Source of the DNA: Phoronis australis
Taxonomy: Eukaryota > Animalia > Phoronida
NCBI GenBank assembly: GCA_002633005.1
Contig: NMRA01000181.1
Coordinates: 1 to 64,000, forward strand
DNA: 64,000 nucleotides
Direction of reading: 5' to 3'
Position numbers and translations under genes: made by a program. The notes under the pieces are model-generated. The model worked only from the letters and a program-made list of their open reading frames with translations. It ran no database searches and was not told the origin of the DNA. Numbering within the stretch: the stretch's first letter is position 1; each line of letters starts with the position of its first letter. Of the stretch, positions 1 through 14,556 are shown piece after piece.

Positions 1-1238
1 TAGGCCTAACCAATCAGAAAAAATAGGTCAAAGGTCATTGAGTGCAAACTAAAATTTTGAGCTAGAGACTTCAGAAATACGTATCTGTTTACTAAGTGCG
101 ATTGAGTTTGAATTTTAAATTTTCAGGTCATTTGGTGCACCCATGGGGTCATTAAGTGCATTTTTCTTCTGAAAGTTTGACCACTTGATTCATCTTGTAT
201 TCTGAAGTGCTTAAAGTAAAACATCTGTGATTATTAGCATTAACCACACTTTTAATCGAGTTAACAATTACTCCCTCATCGGGGCTCATAATGCACGGGA
301 AGAGGTCAATTAGTGGAAAGGTCATCAAAAAATTAATATGTAATTTCTCCTACAATTTTAAAGAATTCCTTTTCATCTTGGTAAGCGGGTTGCTGTCAGT
401 AACTTCCCATAATAATTCCAGTAATGCGTTCGCGCAAAGTCCGTTATTGTCACGCCGTGACAATAACCTTTCTAGTTCTTATTCTTCTTGTTCTTATTCT
501 TCTTCCGACCAACTTTGAGGCTTAATAACTCCAAATTGGGTGCAGGTACGGTCTTTAAATTCAGCATATGACTTTTGGCAGTATATAAATTTTGATTGGT
601 TATATAATCATATTCCATATTGCACCGGAAGAGGTCTTTTGGTGCAAAGGTCATGTAATTTTTAAAATGCTACTCCTCCTTCAGTTTTAAAGCTATTTTT
701 TTCAAATTCGGTGCACAGGTATAAGTCAACATGACTATTTAAAAAATCACTTTTCTAACTAATCGGAATATTCAATCAGGTGAAATAGGTCAAAGGTCAT
801 TAGGTGCAAACTAAACTTTTGAGCTAGACACTTCAAATTGACAGGTCTGATTGCCACAGGTAAATCAAATCGGAATCCGAAGTTTCAGGTCATTTAGTGC
901 AAACATGGGGTCATTAGGTGCATTTTTCTTCTGAAAGTTTGACCAATTCATTCATCTTGTATTCTGAAGTGCTTAAAGTAAAACATCTTTGATTATTAGC
1001 ATTAACCCCACTTTTAATCGAGTTAACATGTACTCCCTCATCGGGGCTCATAATGCACCGGAAGAGGTCAATTAGTGGAAAGGTCATCAAAAAATTAATA
1101 TGTAATTTCTCCTACAATTTTAAAGAATTCTTTTTCATATTTGTAAACGGGTTGCTGTCAGTAACTTCTCATAATAATTCCAGTAATACGCACGCGCAGA
1201 GTCCGTTATTGTCACGCCGTGATAATAATCTTTCTAGT
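1..1238. repeat. Direct tandem duplication of a ~762-bp interspersed-repeat module with internal sub-repeats (AAAGGTCAT) and a short (TATTCT/TTC) microsatellite at ~475-505
   Basis: 1-~475 aligns with ~757-1238 at offset 762, e.g. GGGGCTCATAATGCAC at ~281 and ~1043. The near-identical ORFs 291 and 1053 come from this duplication. Confidence 0.85.
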
Positions 1239-1539
1239 TGGACACCCTGAGCTCAGTTATTTAGTTCACACTTACTTTCGCGTTCGTGTAAAAAATTACC
1301 TGTTGCGAAACCTATTTTTGTTACTGTAACGTGAACCGGCACGTGCAATTACGTATACGTCATAATTCACGTTCACATCGCTTTGAGAAACCTCTCTACT
1401 GGCTAAATCAAAGCCAGTGACCACGCTTAAATTACTGTCATTAGCTCCGCTAATGCTTAACTGCAACAGCAGGGTTCCTGATTCGAATCCGCGTTGAAAA
1501 TTAGTCTTTTCGCTGATATGTCTTGGACAATGCACTGAG

Positions 1540-1782
1540 CATATTGCCGGAAGGGACAGCGCAGACGAATAGCTACGACTTGAGCTGTCGCCTGCTTCAA
1601 GTGAACGATAGCAGAGCTTACCATATTGCCAGGGGGCCAGTGCAGACGAATAGCTACGACTTGAGCTGTCGCCTGCTTCAAGTGAACGATATCGAACCTT
1701 ACCATATTGCCCGGAGGGACAGCGCAGACGAATAGCTACGACCTGAGCTGTTGCCTGCTTCGAGTGAACGATAGCTGAGCTG
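1540..1782. repeat. Minisatellite, 3 copies of an 81-82-bp unit
   Basis: CATATTGCC starts at 1540, 1622 and 1703. The core GCAGACGAATAGCTACGAC(T/C)TGAGCTGT..CCTGCTTC.AGTGAACGATA recurs three times. Confidence 0.9.
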
Positions 1783-4700
1783 ACAGTTCTTGCCAAGGCG
1801 AAAACAATTGAATGAACCCATGATTAGTTCATTTCTCGTATTTCCACAACTTGTCGGAGCTGTCAGCTCCTCTATAGTTCACATGCAGTTCAGCACTTGT
1901 CGAACAAACGGACAAAACATGAATCAACGAATCATTAAGTCAGTGACGTCATGTACAGAGTTGTTGACGTCAAAGCCACTGTTTCTGTCCTTTTGTTTGT
2001 TTGTAGCTATGAGCTACTCCAGTAACCGTGACTCTTGTAAATGAAATTTACTGCCTGCTTTCATGGATGTTTTGAAAAATATGCTTTTCTATTTCATGAA
2101 TTCGTTAATTATTTTTTCATCCCAAAAACAAATATCGCGTTCTTCTTGAACGGTGAAGTGAGCAGTAGGCTAGATTCAAAATGCGTACCAAAGCATGTCG
2201 GGATTCCATCAAATAAGCAATGGAAACTGAACGCGCTTCGTCCGTGTGCTCGAAATCATGATTTGATGATTCCCACTCTCCATCACAGACATTTGAATTA
2301 GGCCACTTACCGTTATGGAATTGGTCACAAATTGTTCCTTAGTTAAATTGGTGATAATTTCAGGGCTTTGAAAGAAAAAGATAGTTCGCTGTTATAGTAA
2401 GGCTGTGCAATTTGGCTCGTCACCAGGGTGTACCACTTTATGCGCCGAGAATGGTCTGGACTAACAACGAACAGCCAGTCACTTCTCACCTCAGTATATA
2501 GAACACGTTGAGACCAATTTTACAGCCTCAGTAGTGTGTATCAAAAGTTCGCTTCTTGGATGAAACGTATAGATTTACGGTTTAAGGTTATCTCAAACCT
2601 TATTCACAAAAATGGCCATTTTTACTATATTTCACCTGTGTCTAGTAAAATACCTAATATTCATTCTCGGGGAACTTCAAATACAAAATATATACTGCGT
2701 AGCGAGAAAAAAAATTAACAGAACCACCTTGGAACCGCACAACCACTTGGATATTTGTTTACTAGCCTACTTATCCGAGGTCGAAGGTTAAAGGGCTTTC
2801 AATCAAATCGAATCTCCCGCCAGGTACAGAACAGCTTCGCACACCTCAGTCCTTTCATTCACAAAATTGTCATAACATTTAGTTAACGAGGTGTACTTAT
2901 GGTAGAATGATGCCGGGGAAAACAAAGACAAAATGTGGTTTTGATCCTAAGGGAGTTGTGCGTCTACATGCATACGAGCGTTGAGAGAACGAATGCTACG
3001 GTCGCCTCAGGCCTCTGTGGTCATGAAACACAGCAAGTTGTGAAAATTTAGCGATAAATCCTCACCCTAATTCCTTCATTCAATTAATAAATTGGCATTT
3101 CAATGTTTCGATCTCATGCTGACGACATGCTTTAACCACCGATTCGATTTTTGTTATCCATTTCTTGCTTGGTTTCGTATCAGTCTCCCAGCACGTGACG
3201 TGTACAGGCTAAGTGTATAACAATGAACTGTGACCTATTTCTATAACAGTAGGGCAAAGGTCGCAAACAACAGTAAGAGTTAGCTGGGAACAGTACGTTT
3301 TAATGATAATTAAGTTAATCACGCACTGCAAAATCAGTTGACATTGCGAGTGAATGTTGAAATAGCGAATATATTTAAGGCTTGTATAGGTTATTGGTAC
3401 CGAAAACCAGTTTTCACCGAATAATTAACCTTAGACGTTGAGATTTTCACTCGTCCCAGTTAAATCGGCTTTTTTCTCGGCTTCGGCAAATCGACTTTAT
3501 TTGAACTTAGGAACACGAGTTCTCAAAAATACGGCATGGTGGATTTCGCTGATACTAACCAAATTTAATATTTAGTCACCAGTCTCAAAAACTGTGTTAG
3601 GATTTTCGATATAAAGGCCTATTTTTTTGCGTAATGTAACAAAGACGAATACGACTTCCGTTTTTTTTTTTGAAAGATACCTTACGTTTTGCGAGTTGAT
3701 TTGTCATAGAAACCAAACGAAAAGACTAATCTAAAATTCCTGACAGCGTTTTGAGGTAACAGTTTTTTTAAGTTTTCATTTAGAAAAATATCATGAAAAA
3801 CGACCGAGGGGCTATTTTGCTCAGAATGTACCTTTCTTAAAAATAAAATTTTGACTCAAAACAGGTTTTTACGTAAAAATAATAATGGTACATTATTGGG
3901 GACAAATGACACAACAAGAATAATATATCTTTTAAGTTGTATTGGGAATTTCAGGGTCACAGCTCTACAAATAAATATTTCACAGAAGGAACCAGGTGGG
4001 TTCCTTATTTACAAAAGGTAACACACACTTGCATATGTACTATAAGGCTAAGAAAAATAAAATATCTACAAAAATCCTACAGAACACCATTATACGAGAA
4101 GGCGGCAACAGGGTCTCACGAATAATGATACCGCAAAAAGTCAAATAAAGGAGACAACACCAATTAGTACACAAATCAGGAAGCAACTTGGTCTACAAAA
4201 TATGACTGTCAGTAAAAAGGCCTAGCACCGTATCAATGTGTTCAACGAATAATCTAGAGCTAAGCAAACGGACAAATAACAGTTGTGCCGGCTACATCAG
4301 GAAAAGATGGGCACATCTGGTCAGTAAATGCAAGTAAGCCTAGGGTTCGGGTGTCATGAAAGTTTAGTCTAGAAAGTTCCATTGCTGTCACGAGGTCGTC
4401 AGCACTATGCAAAAAGTTATTATGTAATTACATAAGAGTGAAACCACAGGCTGGCCCATTGCCATGAACTCTGGGTCTATGAGCACTCCAACTGAGTTTG
4501 GGCTAATGAGATCCCAGTGTGCTTTGGTGACGAAATTTTAGGAAGTAGGATGGGTACTTTTGCGTGGAATATAGGTTAACAAAATGAAAAGTTACAAGAT
4601 TTTTTTGAAATCGTAAATTAAAAATCTTGTGTTAAATTTTCGTATTCCGTAATCTTTTTTCGTTCAGAAAATATGTACTTTTACTAGTTGACAAAGCTTA

Positions 4701-5739
4701 GTTCTTTTGATAGAGTCGACTGAATAAGGTAATTGGAGATAACCTTAAAAATTAATCCTTTCCGTTACCGGAATTGAAGTTGGCGTTTACAAAAATGTAC
4801 AACTCTCGTTGTTTTCACCAAGAACTGTAATCATTCACTGGCATTGGAAGGAAATCACAAAGTGAATTTTTAATTTTGAGATGCATCTCCCTGACGACAC
4901 CAGCAGCACATCATACGTGGGAGGGCGTTGCCAATAACAGAGGCATCCTGTGGAAATTCGTGACGTCAACTCAGTTAACACAAACGGGAATTTGCAAAAA
5001 GGATTACCGGTATTGGGGTACCGGTACTGCAAGGCAAATAATCATAGGTCTACAAAGAACCCCGAAATGGGTAAACCCGTTCTGCGATCAGTCTATCTCT
5101 GTCATTTTTTGTGCACTTGGATCTATGGATACGTTTCCCTCCCCAAATCCATTATCATGTAGACAGCTACATCTTCGAAAACCGGTCGGCTTATTTCGAA
5201 CACCGATAATGGAAACCAATTCAGTATCGGATTTTGAAACTGGAATTTAACATCAATGCGAATTTTTTTTTCTTGATTTGCATGTTGGACATTCAAATAA
5301 AGAGCAGTATCGCGACTCATGACTGACAATACGAATGCATACGAGGATAAAACTTAACGTATTGATAACATTACGCGTAATACTGAATCTGACTTTAAAT
5401 TTAACACTCATTGCGCAAGTTTGTTTACTTGTGGTGATCCAGGACTGGCAAAGACGTTTCGCGATTCGGTAATAATTTATCTCTCATTAATAATACACAT
5501 TACGGAATCAATCAATTGTTACACCCAGTTTCTGCTCACGAAATCACAACATTCAGTGATCGAGTGGTTCATGAAACTTTCATATTACACCTGCTGTTCA
5601 TTTCCACACGCCGCCGCCCAGATCTGCGCGAGCTGGTTACTCAACGCACGCAGCTTCCTCAACACTGCAGTACAGTGTCGACTCTACTCTAAATAAACAA
5701 AAAAATCGGAGGATGCACTGGTGAGCAACGTCAGTCCAA

Positions 5740-6500
5740 TCCGGCATAAGACACAGGACACGGGTTCTGTTGTCTGACTGTTTACCAAATATCATGAACA
5801 CCCATCAAGGAACTTGGTAGATATCAAGGCACTACTGAAGTACTAAAAACCAGCAGTCAGATTTATCCAAAAATCCATGTCAGTTGTACTCTCAATAGAA
5901 ACACGTGCCGAATTTCATGAAGAATCGTCAAACAATTTATATCGGAGCCATGACAGGCAAAAAATAAATTTGCCAAAAGAGAGCGCCACTGTATTCGAAC
6001 CTGCTCAAAACTCGCCGGTCAGCCGTGCACTTCCCAGAATGAACAGATCATACTAATTTTCATGACTATCCTTATAGTGATTTGGTCGATTGTGAGGCAA
6101 ATGTCAACAACCAAACAGAAAAAATAGCAACTAGGTGGCTCGGAATACGCTGAATGCATTCAAAAACAAGAAGTCGGTGTCATTTCTACATGTGTAGCCT
6201 ATTAGCCAAATTTCATGTAAATCCGTGAAGGAACTCCGAATACACTGACAGATGAAAATGTAAAAAAGCCACTAGGAGGCACAGCGGCAATTGGATCCGT
6301 CAGAATGTCGTCGCTATCGCTTGTCAATTTCATACAAATACACTTGCCAAATTTAATAAAGTTCCTGCAAGGGGTTCAGACAAAAAAAATGCCACCAAGA
6401 GGCACTACAGTACTTGGAGCCGTCCGAAAATCATCGTCAGCGTCAGTCGTCCTCTTTTCAAAGGGAACACACTTGTAATGACTTCAAGAAGTCTGTATCA
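5740..6500 (+). repeat. Degenerate copy of the modular (HINE/Helentron-like) interspersed repeat family also at 24913-25495 and 46930-49980
   Basis: Shared motifs GCCACTAGGAGGCAC, AAATTTCATG.AAATCC, CAATTTCATA.AAATACACTTGC.AAATTTAATAAAG and TCCGAAAATCATCGTCAGC. Boundaries approximate. Confidence 0.65.
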
Positions 6501-7704
6501 TTCGACAACAATCAATTTTTGTTTTTTCGGCCGCAAAGTAATAAGGTCCCGTTTAAGACAAAAATTGATCTTACAATCTCTCTTATGATAATTGCCGAAG
6601 AAAGCCGGTTTTAGCCAAGCAAGTAATTATGAGTGCTTCAGTCTAGAAACAATTCACAGAAATTATTTCAGAAAATAGCAGTTATGAGCACATTCTCAGA
6701 CTCTGCACTTTTAATCAGAAATAATGGTGTGGAGGGAGAGACTAAATTTCTGGCTTAACTCCTAAGTCATTTTCCATACAACAGACCCACAGTCTTGTTC
6801 AGTTGTCGAAAAAGGGTGAGTAATTACTGTTATTCGGTGCATTATTTCTTTATCACTCTAGTGGTAGATTCCGTTTGTAAACATTCCAGAAGAGTAGCAT
6901 ATCCTTCTTGTTCGCTCTAGACTAAAAGGCAAACCATCGACACAATATTTCACCCAAGCCTTTCTAAACCAAGATAGTAGGTATTTTCCATCCCTAAACA
7001 AATTGTTCAGGACAAAAAGTAAATCACAGTGTCAAAGAGACATCTGTTTTGGCAGCCAGTGTTAGCCAACCCTTCTAAAATTGGACCACATATGATTTCT
7101 CAATTTCCTGTTTAGTAGAAAACAATTGCTAACAGGGGAAATATTTCAAGAACTTTTTAGAGTTAACATGTTTCGTTCGCAATGTTCACATTTCGCTTAG
7201 CAAAAGGAAGTGAAAATGCACCTTGAATTTCAAGCACCAAAGTCTGAAACAGCGCGCTACAACACACAAAAGATGGCGCTAACATTAAGGACTGTGCAAA
7301 TTTTAGAAATTTCACAATCTATTTATTTATGCCTATTAAACGCCGGTGGTAGAGGCTTCTTGCCCACAAACGTTCACGAATTTTCTTCACGCGAACACCA
7401 ACAGCATTTGTGCACTGAAACGCGACGAACGAATATCCTTTGGTTGCGCACCTTGACATTTTTTGCAGAGACAATTTCAATGAGAACGGCTGGTGGTGAC
7501 TGAGTCACCATGCAAGCTGATAGTAATCTACATTGACCTGACGCAAATTCCAGTCATTCTCTCCATGTGTTTATGAACAACGTAACTGCTCCTGTGAGTC
7601 CAACTGCACGTGGCCTTCAACTGAGGATTAGTCAAGACACAAAAACGAGTTGATAACTTGGCCCCGATGGTGAGAAAGTTCGCACCAGATGAACTTCACT
7701 TTAA

Positions 7705-8719
7705 AAGGGAACTGTATTTTATTCTGAATAAATTCTGGATAGTTTTCTATGAATTGTTGATTAATTTCACAAATAATTCAACACCAAAAATTAAACTTAT
7801 GTTCTCTAACGAAGCTCAAAAAATTACCGGCTTGGAGCGCTGCTTAGTCTCGTGACGTATTTGGCGGGGGCAAAGTCACTGTCCTGTGTTAGCGTGCAAT
7901 CAAGTAGCGTTTTTTNNNNNNNNNNNNNNNNNNNNNNNNNNNNNNNNNNNNNNNNNNNNNNNNNNNNNNNNNNNNNNNNNNNNNNNNNNNNNNNNNNNNN
8001 NNNNNNNNNNNNNNNNNNNNNNNNNNNNNNNNNNNNNNNNNNNNNNNNNNNNNNNNNNNNNNNNNNNNNNNNNNNNNNNNNNNNNNNNNNNNNNNNNNNN
8101 NNNNNNNNNNNNNNNNNNNNNNNNNNNNNNNNNNNNNNNNNNNNNNNNNNNNNNNNNNNNNNNNNNNNNNNNNNNNNNNNNNNNNNNNNNNNNNNNNNNN
8201 NNNNNNNNNNNNNNNNNNNNNNNNNNNNNNNNNNNNNNNNNNNNNNNNNNNNNNNNNNNNNNNNNNNNNNNNNNNNNNNNNNNTTAAACCTGTAGGCCTA
8301 TATCTAGTATACACTGAGCTTTGGGCCAAGGCTTGGGTAACCCGGCGATGGTATGCGATGACCATCCCTTTAGAAGACGCCTTTTTCGAAGAGTTTGAGC
8401 AACCAGGTGCCATACAAAAAGGCATAGCGAACCTTTTACAGCACTGTGGCAAACAATAAAAAAATAAGGACGATTGATACAATGATAAATTACGATGTAA
8501 ACTCTTCAAATATGACATAAGCAATGAATGTGCAAAGCAGCCGATACCCCGCCGTTCACGTCACTGACACATCAGCCAATCAGCGATCGCTTTCAGAATT
8601 CAGTGTTTTGACCATGAATACGAATTGGCTTTTGTTTGGCACGCAAGTCGGGCAAATGTGAGTTTTATTTGTATGTTAGAACCGATTAACTGCAACATTA
8701 TTTTGACTACAGTCCCCTT
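7705..8719 (-). mobile_element. Probable Kolobok-like non-autonomous DNA transposon with a THAP N-terminal fragment (spans an N gap)
   Basis: TTAA (7701-7704) then AAGGGAACTGTA at the left; TACAGTCCCCTT then TTAA (8720-8723) at the right. Minus strand from ATG 8425 reads MPFCMAPGCSNSSKK...AYHR, a THAP-type MPxCxAxGCxN start. Gap 7916-8283 makes continuity unverified. Confidence 0.55.
7916..8283. other. Assembly gap (N run)
   Basis: Run of N. Confidence 1.
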
Positions 8720-11700
8720 TTAAGCTCAGTACACGAATTCAACCCAAGTTGATCTGTGCTGCTTGATGACGTCAACTCCGCGTGCGGAAAAACATCCCAT
8801 CCTTTCCAACTTGAGAGCAGGTTGGAAACACAACCAGTTAATCACACGGAGTACACTAAACAGCGGACTTGGCACCCCCATCGAATACAGGTGACTTGTG
8901 TCTCAAATAAGCCCACTTCTCCCGTCAAAAAACAACCTTTGATTTAGCCCAACTTAGTGTTATAAAATCGATAAAACCAGTCTCGTGTCCCTTGAATAGA
9001 TTAGAAAAAATTCTAGACTCGGGGAAGAACCGGCAGGTCGTCATCGCTTCAGACCACGCGGTTTAGTTTCAATCGTTAAGACAGCCAACGCCCGGGCGTT
9101 TATTCGGAAAGGGGGGCGTGTAAACGGAAAGTCATAGCCTCGACTGATATGAAAATATCAGCGATTTTGTGCATAAAACGTGTTCTTTTATTTTTTATTT
9201 TAAGTTAATAAATACACAGTTCGCCAACACTTTGTTCGTTTTTATAAATGATAAATGCTCCAAAAACTGACTTTGTGGCGAAAAGTTGACGCTAAGTGGC
9301 CTTTTAAGAGGACATTTTTCCAATAAACGCCCCACTATCTGGACACTTGACATCGGGTGGGCTTATCTACGAAAATCCCAGTAAGGCTTCACAGACTGGA
9401 GTATAAAACAGAATTTATACGTCGGACATTTCGTTGGAGTAGGCTTTTGAACGTACGGTAGAGATTAATAAAGTAATAAACTCTCTTACTCTCCAGTTTC
9501 TATGGAAACGCCTGTCCAACAGAAGAGACTGATCATTTTTGTGGCACCAGTTGTTTTCTGAAGCGCTGGGTCAAGAACTATCTTCTGGTGTCCGCCAATA
9601 GTTGCACCATGAGGGGTGAACCAAATCGAAACTAAATCACTGTTTCGTATCTGACTAGTACGCCGTAGGCCTTTTATTTGCGATCCAAACTCTCACAACA
9701 TCAAATATTTCTATTGCGAGAGAACTTAAAACATTCGTCAGCGAAGAACCGGGGTCCTTCTTCCGGTGGCGGGTTCAGATGGGGCCCGGCCATGTCTCCC
9801 TTAAAATTCTCCAAATCATTGTGAATATGTGACAACTAACTACCGTACTCGACAGTGGAACCCCAGCAAATATATTGCAGACATTTCGATTTACTTATAC
9901 AAAAACACAACGGATTTTGGTGTTTACTTCCACGGTGATGGTTTTCTTTCTATTGAGGAAGTTTTCTGATTCTCGATCGTCACTAGAGACTAAAAATCGC
10001 TACAGGTCGTGAATTTTTTTCTGGAAAATTAGTACCGGAATGTTTTAATTCCAAACAACCCCAGTGTGTGAAAATCGTACACTTGCACAGGTATTTCCAC
10101 TCCAAATAGTATCCCTAACTAGCCACCCCACCCATTTACTCAGCGTAGAGCAGTAGCACCAGGTTCAAGATGGTACACCGGAGTTTGACGAAAATAACGG
10201 TTATAATTCATGTTACCGTAAACCCAATATTTAGATGTTATGCGCAGAAACGAATCCTGACATTCGATCCGGGTACCAGAAATTCCCAAGACCGCATTTT
10301 CGAACACTGCAGTCTCTAATATTTATCTTGAAACAATTAATTGGTGTACACAAAGTCCGACACAATGCCAACCAAATATCGGTAGCATCAACGTGATTGT
10401 GAGAAAAAATATGATAACTCGTAAAATCTTGTTTAGTTTCAATTCCAAATAATTTAAAGCCAATAAAAATAAAAAAAACAAGGAGTAACTCTAGGAAAAC
10501 CTAAGTCACATATAAAATACATTCTATTAATAACAAAATAAGAAGAATTTAAAACAATTTACGAATGACGAGTTTAACAAGTACACAGACTGTCTAAGTC
10601 CTAATGACTTCCTGGTCCTAGTAAATAACCTCTGTTAGCACACTGCGGCGATGGAGTATGATGTCATAATCTTGGGCAAATTGTACGGATATTCTTGCCC
10701 AAAAGCGGAAACAAGAGCCCACATAGATAAGAACAAAGACAATCTATTCTAATGGAAAAATAAATGAGTGCCTAAAAGCAATATAAGCCACCAGTTTTAT
10801 TTAATGCAAAATTCCTTGCACAACGCTACATAACAAGTACTTCAATCTTGTTGAAAAGACGTGGTGAGTGAATATTTAACATCTTTCTTATTGAAGTATG
10901 GCGTTTATAAGCATTGTTTGGGGTGTTGTTAGCTTCGATCAAATTAGAGGGACATTAAAAAGTTGATTAATGGAATAAGCCGTAGTCCTACTGTTAAATC
11001 AAACGCACTACCTAACCAGTTACAGAATAATCCTCTGTCACCACAGACTAGTATGCTGTCACTGAACTAAATTCAAATCAACAAGCGACAGCGTATTTTA
11101 AGCGTTACGACACCAAACTTGATTTCGCAGAATGTTTGGCAGACAAAGGCGAGAATTGGTGATCAGTAATAAAATCAGAAATACACAACGGATTTCGTTG
11201 TTTTATAACCCCTACTCTGAACCTAAGCTAGTAACTTCAAGAAGTCTACCCATGCAATAAAAAACTCAAAAACGCATTCTGTAGATACTCCACCTGCAAT
11301 TCATCAATTATTTTGAAAATTCCCTATCTCATTCTTGTTATTTTGAAAACATTTCATTTTACGCGCTGCACGAGGTTCGATTCGGTGCAACGCGACAAGT
11401 TATCTTCAAACGGAAACTAAGGAGCGAGTTCTCAAACAACGAACAGTAAGGTTGCGTAATCCTGTATTGACAGTTCTGCCCATTCAGCCAAACATCAACA
11501 AAAATTAACTCGGCAAAATAACGTATTTTCAGAAAGCAGAAAGTCTATTTGATTTTTGCCTTTATTCCAATTTATAATCGATTGGGTTACGGGAACATGT
11601 CGTAAAGAAATTCAGCAAAAAAGAAAGACACGTTCATAACACACCCAAAGGCATCGATAACTCCACCAAATTTCGTTTGATATAGATGTTCAAAATAAAA

Positions 11701-13072
11701 TCAATCTCAGAAACGCCGTTACCGTTGTCTAAATGATCATTTCGTTCTCGCGTTTATGCAATTTTTGATTAGTTCATAGAATCGTGAAGTCCTATTTATG
11801 GTGATCAGTCTTGCAAAAGTGAGTCGTCTCAAAATAATTCCCAACAACACTTTGGAGAAAATGCTTAAAACTTAGCATCTGAAAGTTTCATTTGAATCAG
11901 CCATTTTTGAGACATGTTTCGAATTTAGCCTCAAATGTGTATATTTTCTTGGGTTCCACATAACTTTAACCAGGTCGCTTGGAAAGATAGAGAACTTCTC
12001 TATAGAGCTCCATGATTATTGCAAAATTAAAAGGCAAGAAGAAAGTAAAAAAGCCTTGATGAAAAAGCTCGTAACACCTGTTGTAAGCTCGTTCAATCTT
12101 CACATTCTAGTCCTGCTTCACTGTCGTTCACTACGCGTCATTCAAGCAGTTCATTGATCTAAGAAGACTATTTCATGATTGTGCTTCTAAACTTCAGCTA
12201 TGATCCTTTGAACCCAAGTCACAGACCAGTAGACACCCAAACCCGTGGTACAAATTTGTAAACCCGCGGCTCCTATTGTAAACTCCACACGTACAACTAA
12301 GTTGACTGAACTCCAGTCGGGGATCAGACGGGCGTGGAATATGATCCCAGCGACCGGCATTAGATTAACGAGTGGGGTTTGGGGCGCGAGTAGAGAAATG
12401 GTATGCAATGGTATTTGTGTCTGCTGACCCTAATCTGGGATTTGGTGGAACGTAGCTGGAATTTGAGAGGCACGGGGATGGAATCCTTCAATTCTCTTCT
12501 ATTTTGTCGATGTAATGAACGTTACCAAATCTTCATGGGGGAGGTGAGCATATTCACCCACATCCCTTGTCTGCATCTGCACTGCATTCAATCACTTTGC
12601 GCACGTTGACCTGGCACTCATGCACAGCTGGCCAGTGATCCTGTGGTCGCTTGCATGAAACGCTCCCAAGATGAGGTACTCGGCACTTCCTGAACTTTTC
12701 ACCGCATTTGTGAACATGTGAAACACTGTTCTTTCTCATGCTCTGTTATTCTCATTATTACGTAACTTTTGGTTTTGATACCAACCAAGAGTAAACTCTA
12801 TGTTGAATATTCAAAATTTTTGAAAATAAAAAGGATTTTTTCACGCATCGCCCCTAATTTAAGTCCCCAATTTTCTGATTGAAATACGGTCTCATTTCTT
12901 AAATATAACACTAGAAACAGTCGTTAGTCAGAGATAAAATGATAGAAACATACAACACTAAGTCACAAATAAGCAGCAAACTTAGGAGATTTAGTCGGCC
13001 CCTATTTGGGATTCCTGCCTACACATACTTAACTATGAACAACGAGATGCTTCTCGAATTTTTTCAGACAAC

Positions 13073-13267
13073 ATGGATTCGACAGCAAAGAGCTTTTGTA
13101 TCACGCTTTTAATAACGATATAGATGTTTGCGATGCTGGCAAATGGCGACTTGCTGGATACTACCCTGGATTGCTTAGTGAGAGAGTACAGATACAGAGA
13201 AGAGACGGCCCACTGTTGGGATATGGTCGATGTTAAAGCCTGCTGGGGAAGATGCAGAACATTAGAG
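13073..13267 (+). pseudogene. GPB5: GPB5-like glycoprotein hormone beta subunit, copy A, coding exon 1 (in-frame stop in the signal peptide)
   Basis: Acceptor TTTTCAG (ends 13067), then ATG 13073: MDSTAKSFCITLLITI*MFAMLANGDLLDTTLDCLVREYRYREETAHCWDMVDVKACWGRCRTLE, then donor GTAAAC at 13268. TAG at 13121-13123. CWGRC is the cystine-knot CxGxC motif. 195 nt, the same length as copy B exon 1. Confidence 0.88.
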
Positions 13268-14362
13268 GTAAACAGTGTAACCATAGACTATAATCTAGGG
13301 TGTAACAAACAGCGACGAAGAAACTGCAAACGCAAAGATGCGCAAGCCCACGTACACCGGTAGAGAGAATTGGCCCGTAATTGTATTTGCGACATTTCAT
13401 GAATGGGTCTACGATTGTTTAGAGCAATCAATAACACATCGCAAGCCTCGGAATTTTGACGAAATTTCAAGAGGTTTTGCCCACGCCATAATATTAGACT
13501 CGTGTAGGATTCTTCCTGTTCTGCACGCCTACAAAGTAAAACTAACAACTAAGCATGTTTTATTAGCATCAGCTGCAAGTTACAATAAGGTTTGTCACAC
13601 GATTTCTGACTTGACAAATTTTGGTTAAAAGACAATCAGAAATTATCTTGATTTTAATTGAAAACAATTAGTGTAACTTATCTGTTTAGCACTTTTTGTG
13701 ACGGACGTACATAAACGGCACCATTATATCCCTGAATTAGCCTTTGACCAAGAGAGGTCGCCGGTGCGCGACGGGTCAAACGATATCAGGATAGTTTAGA
13801 CACCATGTGATGGCACAAAATTCATAACGCGATGGAATTCTCATAAATTGCTCACTAATGAAAAAAAGCAACACACCGTTAAAACAATGGTACTTTTGAG
13901 GTCAATTAAACCCTCCAAATGGGCTCACATATCCACAATTGAAAGTTACATGAAAATCAATTCAAATATGGGTCATGAATTTAGAGAGATTGTCCTTTTA
14001 GAAGAGACCAGAAATAGTAGTATTGTCCCAATTTATTTTTTTTTACCTTTTCACGGAATTGTCCAGATATCGATAGAAATTTACTATCAGGTGACTTGGA
14101 GTACGTATAGTGAAAACCATGAACATCTAAGTGGACAACCATCTTGGTGTGTGTATCGACGGTCAAAAGCTCCCTATATCTAAAGTCGAACGTTGACTAT
14201 TGCTGTAACACTTCGGATTTGCTGTAGCCTCACGACAATATCAACACAGTCCAAAACCAAGGCGGCTGGTGCGAAACGTTTTGACTTTGTACAGGGGAAC
14301 TGTTACCAATGCGACACCAATACAACGGTGTAATGACCCACCTAATTTCATTTTTTTTACAG

Positions 14363-14556
14363 CACCCCTACTACAAGAAGCCTTACAAAATTTCGAATCA
14401 TGTAGTCTGCACGCACGACTTGTACGAGACCAAGACGGTTTCCCTGACAAATTGTCAGCCAGGATACCAGGCAGAGACAGTATCCATCATTACGGCCAAG
14501 GAATGCAAATGTAAAATATGCGACAAAAAACAACCCACTGCACCGCGAATTTTTGA
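14363..14556 (+). pseudogene. GPB5: GPB5-like copy A, coding exon 2 (1-nt frameshift before the final Cys)
   Basis: Acceptor TTTTTTTTACAG ends 14362. Reads HPYYKKPYKISNHVVCTHDLYETKTVSLTNCQPGYQAETVSIITAKECKCKICDKK. Adding one base at the A6 run 14525-14530 restores TTHCTANF* (TGA 14554-14556), colinear with copy B NTHCTTN*. As assembled the frame runs on to 14641. Confidence 0.88.

Noticed and set aside
291-1250. Pair of similar ORFs (291-518, 1053-1250) suggesting duplicated genes
   Set aside because: They lie inside a duplicated non-coding repeat module and have no protein features or splice signals.
1540-1782. Possible CRISPR-like array (50-bp core with variable ~31-bp intervals)
   Set aside because: The intervals are homologous to each other (CTTACCATATTGCC..GG..CAG), the context is eukaryotic and there are no cas genes; it is a minisatellite.
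4420-4510. LHKSETTGWPIA...STPTE resembles the Penelope RT motif KIHK...RPIVS...PTE
   Set aside because: Very short and degenerate, with no flanking RT motifs.
12245-12427. LTELQSGIRRAWNMIP resembles a Tc1/mariner transposase C-terminal helix
   Set aside because: No WPxxSPDLNPIE motif, DDE residues or TIRs were found nearby; too short to support.
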